From the NCBI GenBank assembly GCA_951406725.2, contig OX597839.1, positions 24,056,001 through 24,120,000 of the forward strand: a stretch of DNA of 64,000 bases. The letters are read 5' to 3'. This stretch comes from Octopus vulgaris (lineage: Eukaryota). The position numbers and the translations under genes were made by a program. Each line of letters opens with the position of its first letter. The stretch's first letter is position 1. The notes below the pieces were generated by a model. It did not search any database. It had not been told where the DNA came from and saw only the letters and a program-made list of their open reading frames with translations. This document shows, piece after piece, positions 1-11,412 of the stretch.

Positions 1-1401
1 TGCTGTGTCATTTGATTCCTATTGAAGATAACGTACGTGTAACTCCCTCAGTGAGGGTTGTGGAGCAGCAAGGTGGATGTGAAGTGGGACATATTGATCA
101 TTTGGCGTGTAATCTTTATTCAGCACAATTACAGGACATAGTCCGGCTGGAAGAGCCTCTTCAATCAATGGTCAGTCTAGGGTCAACTGATCCAATTACT
201 GGATTACTGCTGATAGAACTAGCGACACATCAACTCACTTTAGCCACTTGAAAAACACTATGGAGGTCTGGAACCTCATAGTGTCACCAATTGTAGTTGG
301 ATGACTAGGATGACTAGTAGTCATCCAACTTCAGTTGGTGACTCACTGAAACCATCAAATGAAAATATAGATTAGTTTTATAAATCCTATTTCAGGTGGT
401 TCCATTAATCTTTCAGTATTTACACCGGTTGACCATATCCGGCCCAAATATTTTATCTGCTCTATGTTCAACAAACTGACTAGATTCGGCCCCTCACACC
501 TGAACAACAATGCCAGTCCAAGAAATAAATAATCACATCACTGAAATCTCAAAACTAACGAGATAACGCATAATTAATTCATAGCAATGTCAATAAATGC
601 CTAAAATAATCTGAATTTTCAAGGGGTTAAGTTAGAGATGGCCTGGAGCACAATTTTAGCTGAAACATATCTAAGTTTGCCTAAGTTTCTCAAACAGAAT
701 GACAGCCTTGTGAAAGGAGTTCTACACCATGTCGTACTCTTTCTTCAGCTCCAGCAGACAAATACCAAATTACTGAAAATAGGACACAGCAAACAATAGA
801 CTGAATGTGAATGGAGCTCTAGGTTTTTACGCCAGAATTTACATACAAGAACAGTTAATTATCATAGCTATTATCATTGTTATTAGCTCTCAGTGATAAC
901 TAATCTGAAAATAAACATTTCAGTAACCACTTCAAAGTATCAGAGAGAAACTACAACAGAAAACAGGTTAGAGGAGGCGGGGGAGAGAGCTGAGTGTCAC
1001 TCTTTTCAATAGATGGTGTGTGTGTACTTGTGGGTGTGTTAATACTTTTATACTGATTGGACTCTGTGTGTGTGTACACAAGCATAAATGTGAAAGAAAC
1101 TTGAAAAAAGGAAAACTACAGCTCAATCACAACTAAAAGCAACAGGCTGGAGGACATAGAGTGAGGTGTAGTCTTAACAAAAGCCCTGGTGTTGTGGCGA
1201 TATGTAATTTGTTTAACTAATTCCCATATAATTAGGTCATGAGAAAGAGCAGGAAAAAGGCCAACTGGTTAATGACAGAGCTTTTAAGAACAAACTCACC
1301 TCTTCACGAGAGAAAGAGAGAGAGTTATTTATAGACACCTATGGAATTCTGGTGCAATAAGAAAATGGCCTGAAAGTATTTGTTGCTGACAGAATTATTC
1401 A

Positions 1402-1744
1402 TTAACGAATCGAAATCGAATTGAACCAGCCAGGATCCCTGGTCTGGTGGTATGTAAAAAGCACTATCCGACTCGTGGCCGATGCCAGCGCCGCCTCGAC
1501 TGGCTTCCATGCCGGTGGCACATAAAATACACCAATCTGACCGTGGCCGTTGCCAGCCTCGCCTGGCACCTGTGCAGGTGGCACGTAAAAAGCACCCACT
1601 ACACTCACGGAGTGGTTGGCGTTAGGAAGGGCATCCAGCTGTAGAAACATTGCCAGATAAGACTGGGCCTGGCGCAGCCTTCTGGCTTCCCAGAACCCCG
1701 GTCGAACTGTCCAACCCATACTAGCATGGAGAACGGACGTTAAG
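1402..1744 (+). mobile_element. Non-autonomous retroposon family E with internal ggtggcacgtaaaaagcac sub-repeats (other copies 20278-20584 +, 27955-28150 +, 53890-54135 +, 11565-11900 -, 17815-18010 -, 23670-23910 -)
   Basis: Shared block gagtggttggcgttaggaagggcatccagctgtagaaac...ggacgttaa; (GAT)n tail in several copies; variable number of 5' sub-repeats. Confidence 0.8.
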
Positions 1745-2150
1745 AGAGAAGAGAATCCAGATTTTGGCAATCCTTTGATACCAGTTGAAGGTGTCGTTCA
1801 CCCACACAATTTTCTTCCCTCAAGATGTAGATAAAGAGGCTGGGCTGAGAAAGGGGGTGAATGATCTTGTCTCCTCATACTGACACTCCGGAGACCAATA
1901 CCGAAAGAATGCCCAGATCTCTTACAACCAGGAACAAGAGTTTTATATTTCTTTATTTATATATTATTTATTAGGGGGAGGAATGAATTCCTATTCAGTT
2001 TCAACCTTGGAGGGATCAATAATTCCACGTTGACCACTGAGATCTTATCTGCTACTGCCATAAACATTTATGGATTCCCATCCATCCCTTGATTCCAAGG
2101 CAGAAAGGAAAGGGATGTTCTTGAAGCAGAACATACAATGAAGTGCTACA

Positions 2151-3411
2151 AGGGCACATGGAGTTTTGAAGTAACCCCCAACCAATACCTTTTCTCAATG
2201 GTGCACCTTCAGATTTAGAAAATAGCTTTTATAATATGTAGGAGGGTCATTATGTCAATAAACACATGCACTGATCCTATTTCACTTCTTTATTATCTGT
2301 CAATATACCCCTTCTGCTCCAACTCAGTCACTCTCATAGCTTTTTTTTTTGTTCAATATTTATAAAGTAAAAGATTTTGTCGAATATATTGCTTGGAAGT
2401 CCTGACCTCTAAATATAATAACTAATAATTTATATATTGCATTATGGTAACCCTAATATGGTGTCTACCATTGTCACTTTTAACCTTCTTCACAAAGTGC
2501 ATGGCAACACTACCAGACATGATGAAGAACCCTCAGCTCTTGGAAATAATATTTTGATTTAGAAATTTCAGAATTTCAAGACAACATGCAACCAAACACA
2601 AGTTCAAACGGGAGTACAGAACATACAATAGACCCATGGTCATGTCTTAAACTGATTACATCAACACCAGTACTTATTTTATCCACCTCGAAAGGATGCA
2701 AAGAAAATTTGACCTTGGTGGAATTTGAACTCAGAATGCAAAGACGGACAAAATGCCGGAAACATTTTGGCCAGCAATGCTAACAATTCTGCCAGCTCAC
2801 AGCCCTAGGACTTTTTGTAATATATTCCAATTGGTTCGATTAGTCTAATATGTTGTTTAGTAGAATCAATAGCAGTATTTTGTGCCCAATTGCAGTTTAA
2901 AAAACGATATATTTTCCAAGTTCCTAAAACATAAATCACATTGCTCCTGCAATCATTTAGGCCAGACCCCCCCCACCCACCCATAGTGGAATAGGCCAGA
3001 CCCCCCACCCATAGTGGAATAGGCCAGATGACAACTTATCAAGACAGCATTCTACTAGTCGGTGGCCTTCTTGTTGCTAATCTTTGTTCTCTGAATACGA
3101 AACCACTTACATTCTACCAGTCTTCACACCCAACGGCCTACACGGCACGTTGTTTTACCAGATGCAAACACTGATCATGTCCACTAGGGCACATGGAGTT
3201 TTGAAGTAACCCCCAACCAATACCTTTTCTCAATGGTGCACCTTCAGATTTAGAAAATAGCTTTTATAATATGTAGGAGGGTCATTATGTCAATAAACAC
3301 ATGCACTGATCCTATTTCACTTCTTTATTATCTGTCAATATACACCTTCTGCTCCAACTCAGTCACTCTCATAGCTTTTTTTTTTTGTTCAATATTTATA
3401 AAGTAAAAGAT
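2151..3411. repeat. Near-perfect direct repeat of about 225 bp (2151-2375 and 3186-3411)
   Basis: The copies differ by one substitution and one T in a poly-T run. Confidence 0.92.
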
Positions 3412-3909
3412 ACACACAACAGGCTTCCGTTCAGTTTCCAAATACCGAAATATCTCATCACAAAGCATTGGTCAATTCAAGGCTTTAGTAGAAAACACTG
3501 GCTGAAGGTGTCACATGGTGGAGATGGAACCTGGAACCACTTGGTTACAAAGCAATAAACATGTTAAGCCACAAATCAGTCCACAGCCAGAGATAAGGTC
3601 CCTGAATAAGGGCCAGGTTTTACTCCATCTCTACAGTTTTGTTGATGCTGTTTAGCTCCCAATCTACCCTGGTTGATCTAACGATCCCTTAGTTAAGTAT
3701 CGACAGGACTATATTAACTAATGAGTGCCCTTTCTTTGTTAACACAACTGGGTGTGAACCGTGAGAAATAGGCTGCAATTTGTAATAAGTCCTAATGACT
3801 CATTATGGTTTAATTAATAACAGTGATTAGACACAAGGCAGCAAACCAGCAGAATTATTAGAGTTGATTAGAGAATTATTAGAGCAGATTAATGGGTTAA
3901 TGTCATTAA

Positions 3910-4124
3910 CCCTTTCATTACTGAATTTATTTTGAGATGCTCCGTGTTTCTTTCAATTATTTTAAATATAACAAAGAATTTAGTAAAACACCTTAGTTAT
4001 CATTAAGCTAGTGTTAGGAACACAAATTGTGACTAAGTAGAAGATTTTAATTCAGGACTTTTGAAGACAAGGCATTTGTACTACAAAGCAAGAGGCGGTT
4101 TCAGCCTGGTTGGTATAAAAAGGG
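3910..4124. mobile_element. piggyBac-type MITE family P1
   Basis: TTAA|CCCTTTC...AAAGGG|TTAA termini, about 215 bp. Confidence 0.8.
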
Positions 4125-4330
4125 TTAAGTAACGATGATTTGCCCAGGCCTGGCCTGTGCAGACTGATAAGGGCCCTAGATATAGGCACATAGCAATTGA
4201 GACAATGGTTCTAACAAAAAGTGCCCTAACCAAATATGATGCATGGGTGGGAGGGGAGAATGAATGGAAATCAACAATGAAATCAAAGGAATTTTAAAAG
4301 AAACTCAACAAAAAAAACCCCTTAACTTAC

Positions 4331-5051
4331 ATAGCGTTTTTACTCTTATGGAATTCCTTATTGCAGGGTGTGGCATCTGGTCCAGGACTGATAGGTCTCT
4401 GGCACTCATCCTCATTACTATCAGAGTCTTTTTCATAGTGAGAATCTGTGGGGATCTGCTCAGGGGCTAAAGGTTGCGAATGGGCAGACTGAGGAGGCAG
4501 TGCCAAAGACATATCTTTGGTATCCAAACATTTGGGGTTCAACTCATGAGGCAGGTTTTGAGGATGAGTTTTCGGAGATGGCGGAATTGGTTTCAGCTGA
4601 TAGTCTTCTGGTTCTTTCTTGATTTCCACGTTGCCAGCAGTCGGATGGGTCTGAGCTAGAGGTGGCACAATGTACTGCTGCAGAGGCGGAGGCGCAGAAT
4701 GAGACTGGCTGTGAGGAGGTAACGACGAGTGATGCTTCTGTGAGATTTGAGGATGAGACTGCGGCGGCGGAGGTCCGAGAGAAGAATGTGAGGGGTGTGG
4801 CGGGGGCTGGCTTTGATCCAGAATGGAGTGATGGTGATGTGAGGAGAGAGTTTGTTGGGGGCCACCGTTGGATGGCGGAGAGGGAGGCTGGTGACGAGAT
4901 GATGGATGTGGATGGTGTTGTTGTTGTTGTGAAGGCTGGTTTGGGCCCTGTGACAAGTGAGAAGGCATCTGCATTGATGTAGGAGGCGGTTGATGCAGAG
5001 GCTGGTGCATTGAGAGATGATGAGGGGGAGGAGCCACCTGCTGCTGCTGTT

Positions 5052-5082
<31 letters not shown>

Positions 5083-6108
5083 TTGGTGATGGTGGTGTGG
5101 TGGTTGTGGCTGTTGTTGCTGCTGTTGCTGTTGTTGTTGTTGTTGCTGTTGGCTTTGTTGCAGATGAGGCTGCGGTGCTGAGTGCATGTTAGGAGTCTGT
5201 TGAGAAGGATGCAACATGATGTTTGAGGATTGTGAAGCTTGAGACGATGGAGGGGGAGGAGGAGGCGGATGTAACGAGTGTGGAAAGGGGTAGCGGTCCA
5301 TAGGGGGGTACTCCCAGCGTTGGGGAGGTTCTGGCGCAGCAACGGGAGAATCGATCTCCTGCTTGATCTGCATCGGGGGTGCAGGCAGAGATAGTGAATG
5401 AAGGGGAGAGAGGGGCAAGGCAGCAGACATGTGGCCCGGGGCTGCGCTCGATGGAGGAGGGTGGTGGTGGTGATGCTGTGATAGGGGCCATGACAGAGAT
5501 GGTGGGGGTGGCGGTGGAGGCGGAGTGTTCTCAACAATGTCCCTCGGCTCTTGTTTGATCTCAACGAGCGGAGCTTCAGGTAAAACTTGCTGTCGTTGGG
5601 AAATAAACTCTTCCTCTTCTTCCTCCTCCTCTTGCTGAAGTGGCGGAGGTGGAGAATGAGCCGTTTGCAGAGGGGGTGGTGCCACGGGTGGCTGTGACTG
5701 TGGCGGAAGTTGTGTCTGTGGTTGCAGCAGAGATGAAGATGACTGTTGCTGATGCTGCTGTTGCTGAGGTGGTGGTGGTGGCAGTTGTGGTTGTAGTTGT
5801 TGTTGCTGTTGTTGATGTTGTTGTTGCTGCTGCTGCTGTTGTTGTTGTTGTTGTGGAGGTGGCGGAGGAGGAGGTGGTGGTGGCGGTGACGGTGTCTGTT
5901 GTGGCAGAGATGACGGAGGAGGTGCCGCTGTCTGTGGTTGAGGAACTGGGCACTCAGTAGGCACTGATGGGGGACGAGTCTCTCCCCTTGGGGTTGCAGT
6001 AGATGAAGGGGAAATGGTTGCAGGTAGCTGAGAAGACAACTGAGGTTTGCACACCAAGTTATCTGCAGGGCTTGGTGTACTTGGGGGTGAATTTGAACTC
6101 AAATCATC
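4331..6108 (-). CDS. RERE: RERE large exon (1778 nt): DDLSSNSPPSTPSP... polyP/polyQ/His-rich atrophin region ...PISPGPDATPCNKEFHKSKNA
   Basis: Boundaries ttttctttccag|GAT...GCT AT|gtaagt, phase 0/2; corresponds to the 591-aa ORF. The end matches RERE [20 protein letters not shown]. The next exon was not found, so it is presumed to lie beyond position 1. Confidence 0.93.
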
Positions 6109-6134
6109 CTGGAAAGAAAAGAAGACAACAGCAA

Positions 6135-6630
6135 ATTAAGCCATGTACAGGTAAAACATACATTAATGTATGTACAGGTAAAACACATTAAGGTGTATAC
6201 AGGTAAAACTTTCTTTAAGGTATGTACAGGTAAAAACACATGTTAAGGTGAGTACAGGTAAAACACACATTGAGGAAAGTATAAGTAAATTACATATTAA
6301 GGTGTCTACAGATAAAATACATGTTAAGGTGTACAGGTAAAACACATTAAGGTATGTACAGGTAAAATGCATTTTAAGGTATGTACATGTATGTATAGGT
6401 AAAACACACAAAGCCGTGTACATGTAAAACACACATTAAGGTGTGTACAGGTAACATACACATCAAGGTGTGTACAGGTAAAATACACATTAAGCTATGT
6501 ATAGATAAAACATACATTAAGCTGTGTACAGGTAAAACACACATTGACCCATGTACAAGTAAAACACACATTAAACCGTGTACAGGTAAAAATTCAGATG
6601 TGTACAGGCAAAACACCCAAACAGGTGAAT
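6135..6630. repeat. Minisatellite, unit of about 27-29 bp (attaaggtgtgtacaggtaaaacacac), roughly 17 copies
   Basis: Visible tandem repetition filling most of the 593-nt intron 6109-6701. Confidence 0.9.
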
Positions 6631-6701
6631 GAATTAAGGTAAGTCAGAAAGATAAGTTTATGAATGAAAGAAAGGCAGGCATAAAAGCTAGAGATTCTTA
6701 C

Positions 6702-6791
6702 CTGGTTATTTTCAATATCACCTTCATTTCCATTTTCTTCATTTCCAGAGATACTACTGCTGTCAGAAACTGATTCGGAATCTGAAGGACC
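6702..6791 (-). CDS. RERE: RERE exon (90 nt): GPSDSESVSDSSSISGNEENGNEGDIENNQ, acidic/Ser-rich
   Basis: Boundaries ttgacacag|GGT...CAG|gtaaga, 30 codons, phase 0/0. Position and composition match the RERE acidic segment ending in DIDQDN. Confidence 0.85.
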
Positions 6792-7712
6792 CTGTGTCAA
6801 TAAAATAGTGCAGGAGATAAGAATAAGGCTTCCAAATGTTGGCACAAGGCCAGCAGTTTCAATATTATGCTGACCCCAATAGGGAACTGGTACTTATTCT
6901 ATGAATCCCCGAAAGGGTGAATGGTAAAGTTGACTTCAGCAGAATTTGAACTCAGAATATAAGGACGGACAAAATGATGCTGAACATTTTACCTGGTATG
7001 TTAATTCTTCCAGCTTGCCACATTAATAATAATAATAATAATAATCCTTTCTACTAAAGGCACAAGGCCTGAAATTCGGTGTGTGTGTGTGTGTGGGGGG
7101 GGATAGTCGATTACATCGACCCCCACCAAAAGGATAAAAGGCAAAGTTGGCCTCAGCAAAATTTTGAACTCAGAACGTAGTGACGGATGAACAGAGTCAT
7201 TTTACGAGTTCTCTTTTGGAGTTAAGAGTCACTTATGAGTTATAGTCAAGGTAGACAGTTCAAATTCGGTGTCTTGCAGAGCTATCAGTGACAGCATGGT
7301 AGATGAAGCAGTGTATTACCATTCCGGTATAGAAGAGAGATACACTGTATCCGATACGAGGAAAATATCATGGCTACTAGAGTAGATACAAAAGCTACAG
7401 TCACAACAGAGGCCACACATTATAATTGTGGATAACACCACATCATAACAATTTTTAACAAAAATAAACTTTCCAGGTGTTTCATTTAAGCCTTTTCACA
7501 CCATATTTCTGTTGAAACACTCAGCCTTTGTTTCAATTCATTTTGAAAATTACTAAGAAATTAGTAAAGATGGTGTTTGGAACATAAACCAAAATGGAAT
7601 TTTTATGGAAGATTTTAATTTAGACCCCCTTTAAAATGGAGTTTGTGTCAAAAGGGTTAATTTTGAAAATAATCATGAATTTGGAAGGCTTTAGTATAAT
7701 AAGTTGACCATT

Positions 7713-8101
7713 GTGGAAGCACTCTGTCGGTTATGACGACGAGGGTTCCGGTTGATCCGAATCAACGGAACAGCCTGCTCGTGAAATTAACGTGTAAGTG
7801 GCTGAGCACTCCACAGACACGTGTACCCTTAATGTAGTTCTCGGGGATATTCAGCGTGACACAGAGAGTGACAAGGCCGGCCCTTTGAAATACAGGTACA
7901 ACAGAAACAGGAAGTAAGAGTGAGAGAAAGTTGTGGTGAAAGAGTACAGCAGGGATCACCACCATCACCTGCCGGAGCCTCGTGGAACTTTTAGGTGTTT
8001 TCGCTCAATAAACACTCACAACGCCCGGTCTGGGAATCGAAACCACGATCCTATGACCGCGAGTCCGCTGCCCTAACCACTGGGCCATTGCGCCTCCACA
8101 T
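7713..8101 (-). mobile_element. tRNA-derived SINE family C, full length
   Basis: Pol III A box (TGGCCCAGTGG) and B box (GGTTTCGATTCCC) on the minus strand; 10-bp TSD gttgaccatt (7703-7712, 8102-8111); near-identical to three other copies. Confidence 0.9.
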
Positions 8102-8380
8102 GTTGACCATTATTAAGCTGGTGTTTAGAACAGGACAATGAATATAATGAAAGGTTTTCAGAAGTTCTGTATCCAAAAACCACAGGTGATTTCAGGTGGG
8201 ATGGTATTAAAAGAGTTCGATAAAAATGTCTGATCTCTTACTGATGAGAAGAATGGCAGACACCCTATTTAATACTGGTCTCAGAAATATTTTGCTATTT
8301 AAAATTCCCCGCTTCAAAAATTTTTCAATGAAAATTGTCGAATGACCCTCCCTAAGGAAGCAAACGGCATGTCAACGTAC

Positions 8381-8467
8381 CTGAGGCTTCTTTTTCTTGG
8401 AAAATTTGTCAGTTTCCAAATGATGCTGTCTTTTGCGACTTTTAACAGGGCTCTCTGATGTGCCCTT
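8381..8467 (-). CDS. RERE: RERE exon (87 nt): KGTSESPVKSRKRQHHLETDKFSKKKKPQ, bipartite-NLS-like
   Basis: Boundaries ctttgcattcag|AAG...CAG|gtacgt, 29 codons, phase 0/0. Resembles RERE SPLKSNKRQ...SKKTKTQ. Confidence 0.85.
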
Positions 8468-8997
8468 CTGAATGCAAAGGAAAGACGTTTGAAAAGAAAA
8501 AAAAACCCAACAAAAACAATACATAACAGAAGAAATAGCAAAACAAAGAAAGTCTTTATATAATAACACAAGAGTATTTTAAATGATTGGGTTTAATGGG
8601 AATTGTCTGAGCAGACAAGTGGTGCTGGTGGTTATGTCAGCAACTAGATACTACCTACAAAGCGATTGTTTCTGGTTAACCAACAGGATGATGGCATTGG
8701 CTTCTCTCATGAATCAGTCAATCATTGGTGATAATTTATCTATACTGATTATAAGTAATCTGGGGTGCAACGAGCTGTGACATGTTCTCCAGCCCCAACT
8801 TTGCTGCATTGGCCACAAACTTGGGTATCGCCACCCGTAACACAGTGGGGAGAAAATATAAAACTCCTTATCTCAGAAATATAGAAATATAGAACTATCG
8901 GTAAGAAGCCGACAAGGTGTCAATGGAGGTTTATAAGCCTTAAAAATTCACTCTGATTATGCTATGCCCTTAGGCATAGCATAATGGATAGGGCAAA

Positions 8998-9335
8998 GGG
9001 TAAAGACCCCCTTCGGTCAATAATGACCATGGGATTGCCCCTAGAAAGTTCCCCTCCAAAGCACAAGGCAAGGTTGTTTATGGAAGACCAGCAGTTGCCC
9101 ATGCATACCAGCCTCTCCTCTCCATGCCACTGATGTCATCCAAGGGAAAGGCAAAGGGGCTGATAGAACTCGGCACCAGTGTCGTCACAACTCACTTCTA
9201 CAGCCGAGTGAACTGAAAGCAATATGAAATAAAGTGTCTTGCTCAAGAAAACCACACACAGCCTGGTTTGGGAATTGAAATCACTACCTCATGATTGTGA
9301 GCCCGGTGCTCTAACCACTGAGTCATGTGCCTTCA
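8998..9335 (-). mobile_element. tRNA-derived SINE family D (second copy about 24565-24890; related heads near 9620-9870, 12310-12533, 29465-29700, 58885-59020, 60400-60545)
   Basis: Head tgaaggc(a/g)catg(a/g)ctcagtggttagagc...gttcttgagca; 3' body shared between the two full copies. Confidence 0.75.
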
Positions 9336-10083
9336 CCATAGTGGATAAGGGTGCTAATTAATGCAAAGCAGTGACCTAGAGATTCTGAGTTCAATCACAG
9401 GCAAGGCACCGATGTGAATCAGAATACACCTGAAGAAGGGCTGGAGCATACAACAGCGGAAATGTAAGGAAAAGCAACAAGGAAGATTAGGACACCACTC
9501 AGACCAATATATAATATGAAAAATCCTGATCTCAGAAATACATGATTGTATTGCTCTGTAAAGGATCATGGAAACTGCCTTTCCCTTTTGGGGGATAAAG
9601 AAAGAAATGGTGAGGGAGGTTGGTGACTACCATAGCCAACATTCCCTAATTGTGGTTTCAATTCCTGGACCATGCGATGTGGTATGGTCTTGAGGAAAAC
9701 ACATCATTTCATATTACTCCAGTCCACTCAGCTGGCAAAAATGAGTACCACCAAGTGGAGGTGCATTGCTTAGTGGTTAGGGTGGTTTCAATCCCTGGAA
9801 GAGGCAATCTATTGTGTTTCTGAGCAAAACCATTCCCCATTGTTCTAGTTCACTCAGCAATAGAAATGGGTTTGGCCTGGAGAGAGATGGGCTCCACCAA
9901 GCTTTTTGGCCCAAGATGTGCTGCATGGCTGCAGCACCTTAACGAAGACCCCCCCCCCCACAAAGAGTTAAGGGATTTGCCCAAGATTTTTTAAGCCTCG
10001 ACTGGACAAGAGAAGCCGGGGTTCAATGTGGAGAGAGAGAGAGAGAGAGGGAGAGGACGGCAGTGAGACAAGTAGATACTCAC

Positions 10084-10269
10084 CCTAAGTCTTGTAGTTG
10101 CTGTTGTAGTCTTTTTGTCACGGTCATTGCTACTGTTACTACAGGTACTGACCGTGCTGGGAGATTTGCGACCAGTTATCTTTTGGGAACTCGACGAACT
10201 GTTGAGAGGACTATCAATATTATCTGGGCTACTAGTACTGTGGCGGTCCTTTTTCTTGCTTTTACCAGC
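10084..10269 (-). CDS. RERE: RERE exon (186 nt): AGKSKKKDRHSTSSPD...TGRKSPSTVSTCSN...TTRLR
   Basis: Boundaries gtcgttgcag|GCT...AGG|gtgagt, 62 codons, phase 0/0. GRKSPS corresponds to RERE/ATN1 GRNSPS. Confidence 0.9.
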
Positions 10270-11212
10270 CTGCAACGACACAAATGTAAACAAATCTGAT
10301 TGATATAGGGTCCGTGACTAGGGAGCAAACAGCACTTGTCTGATCAAAATCAATCCCTGACAGATAAAAAGGGGCAAAGTTGGTTGCCATGGGATTTGAA
10401 CTTAAAATATAGAGCACGGGTTCTCAACCATTTTTTGCTTGTGGCCCCCTTTGTTTTCGATTTTATTCTAATTGACCCCATAGCCATTTGAAGATTAAAA
10501 AAAACAAAAACAAAAAACCCATTATATTTTGATAATTAATTATTGGTATCAAATTTTGGCCTAAGGCAAGAAATTTTAGGGAGGGGCTAAGTTGATCACA
10601 TTGACGTAGGGGCTCAACTGATGCTTATTTTATTGACCCTGAAGAGATGCATGGCAAAGTCAACCTCGGCATAATTTGAACTCAGAACTAAAGACAGATG
10701 AAATACCACCAAGCATCCTGGCCACTTGCCACCCTTTTGTCCTTTTGTAGTTAAATATTAGAAACTGTATAAAAGAAAATTGCTGAAATATTTTGTTTAT
10801 CGTAGAAGAATAACCAATATGTTGCAGATAAATTTTAACAACAAAATCTCATGTGAACCCCTGAGGGCCACATGGACCCTGATTGAGAGCCATTGATGTA
10901 GAAGAATGCAGTGAAATTCTTCAAGGTATTTTGTCTAGCAATTGACATAGACTTATAAAAAAAAAAATGTTTTCAAGATCAGCACAAGGCCAGTAATTTT
11001 GAGAGGAGGGGCTGGTCGATTACATCAGCTCAGTACTGGCTTCCATACTCCCTCATACTGACGTTACCCCAAATACTTAACTGGTATTTTATCTTAGATA
11101 CCTCAGAGCGATGAACCCCAGTAGGACTTGACCCCAGAACATGAAAACCAGGACAAACACTTCCTGGCCGTTTAGAAGCACCAAAGTGAAAAAGAGGAAC
11201 AGAATTACTCAC

Positions 11213-11412
11213 AGATTCTCGGCTGCGCCTTGTGCGCATATTGTGTTTGCCGTTAATGGTTTCGTCCTCTTGGACTGGCTTGAAAAGAAATGGCGGAGGA
11301 TCAGGCGGACTATCCACTACAGGTCTATCTTCACCATACTTTTTGAAAAACAAACGGCAGTCAGTGCACAGGAGTGCTTTATCCTTGCCTGCATGGTGCC
11401 AGTCCTTGGACG
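11213..11412 (-). CDS. RERE: RERE exon (200 nt): (T)[27 protein letters not shown]...PPPFLFKPV...[11 protein letters not shown], second half of the zinc finger and start of the atrophin domain
   Basis: Boundaries tctttcag|CG TCC...TCT|gtgagt, phase 1/0. Completes CX2CX18CX2C. Matches RERE [28 protein letters not shown]...MRTRRSRGS. Confidence 0.96.

Noticed and set aside
12-251. 79-aa plus-strand ORF, checked along with 690-775 as a possible next RERE exon
   Set aside because: No recognisable motif; neither region encodes the expected conserved atrophin segment (RG.NSC.R.D) in phase with the exon ending at 4331.
4474-5960. Several overlapping ORFs (302 aa, 125 aa, 106 aa and others) in other frames and strands
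   Set aside because: Shadow frames of the polyQ/polyP RERE exon, caused by trinucleotide low complexity.
6135-6630. Regularly spaced repeats superficially like a CRISPR array
   Set aside because: No unique spacers, eukaryotic intron, no cas genes.
7762-7968. Recurrent 'MVVIPAVLFHHNF...' and 'RRHLPKVP..GTEPGTMW' peptides in multiple ORFs
   Set aside because: Translations of SINE families C and A, not a protein family.
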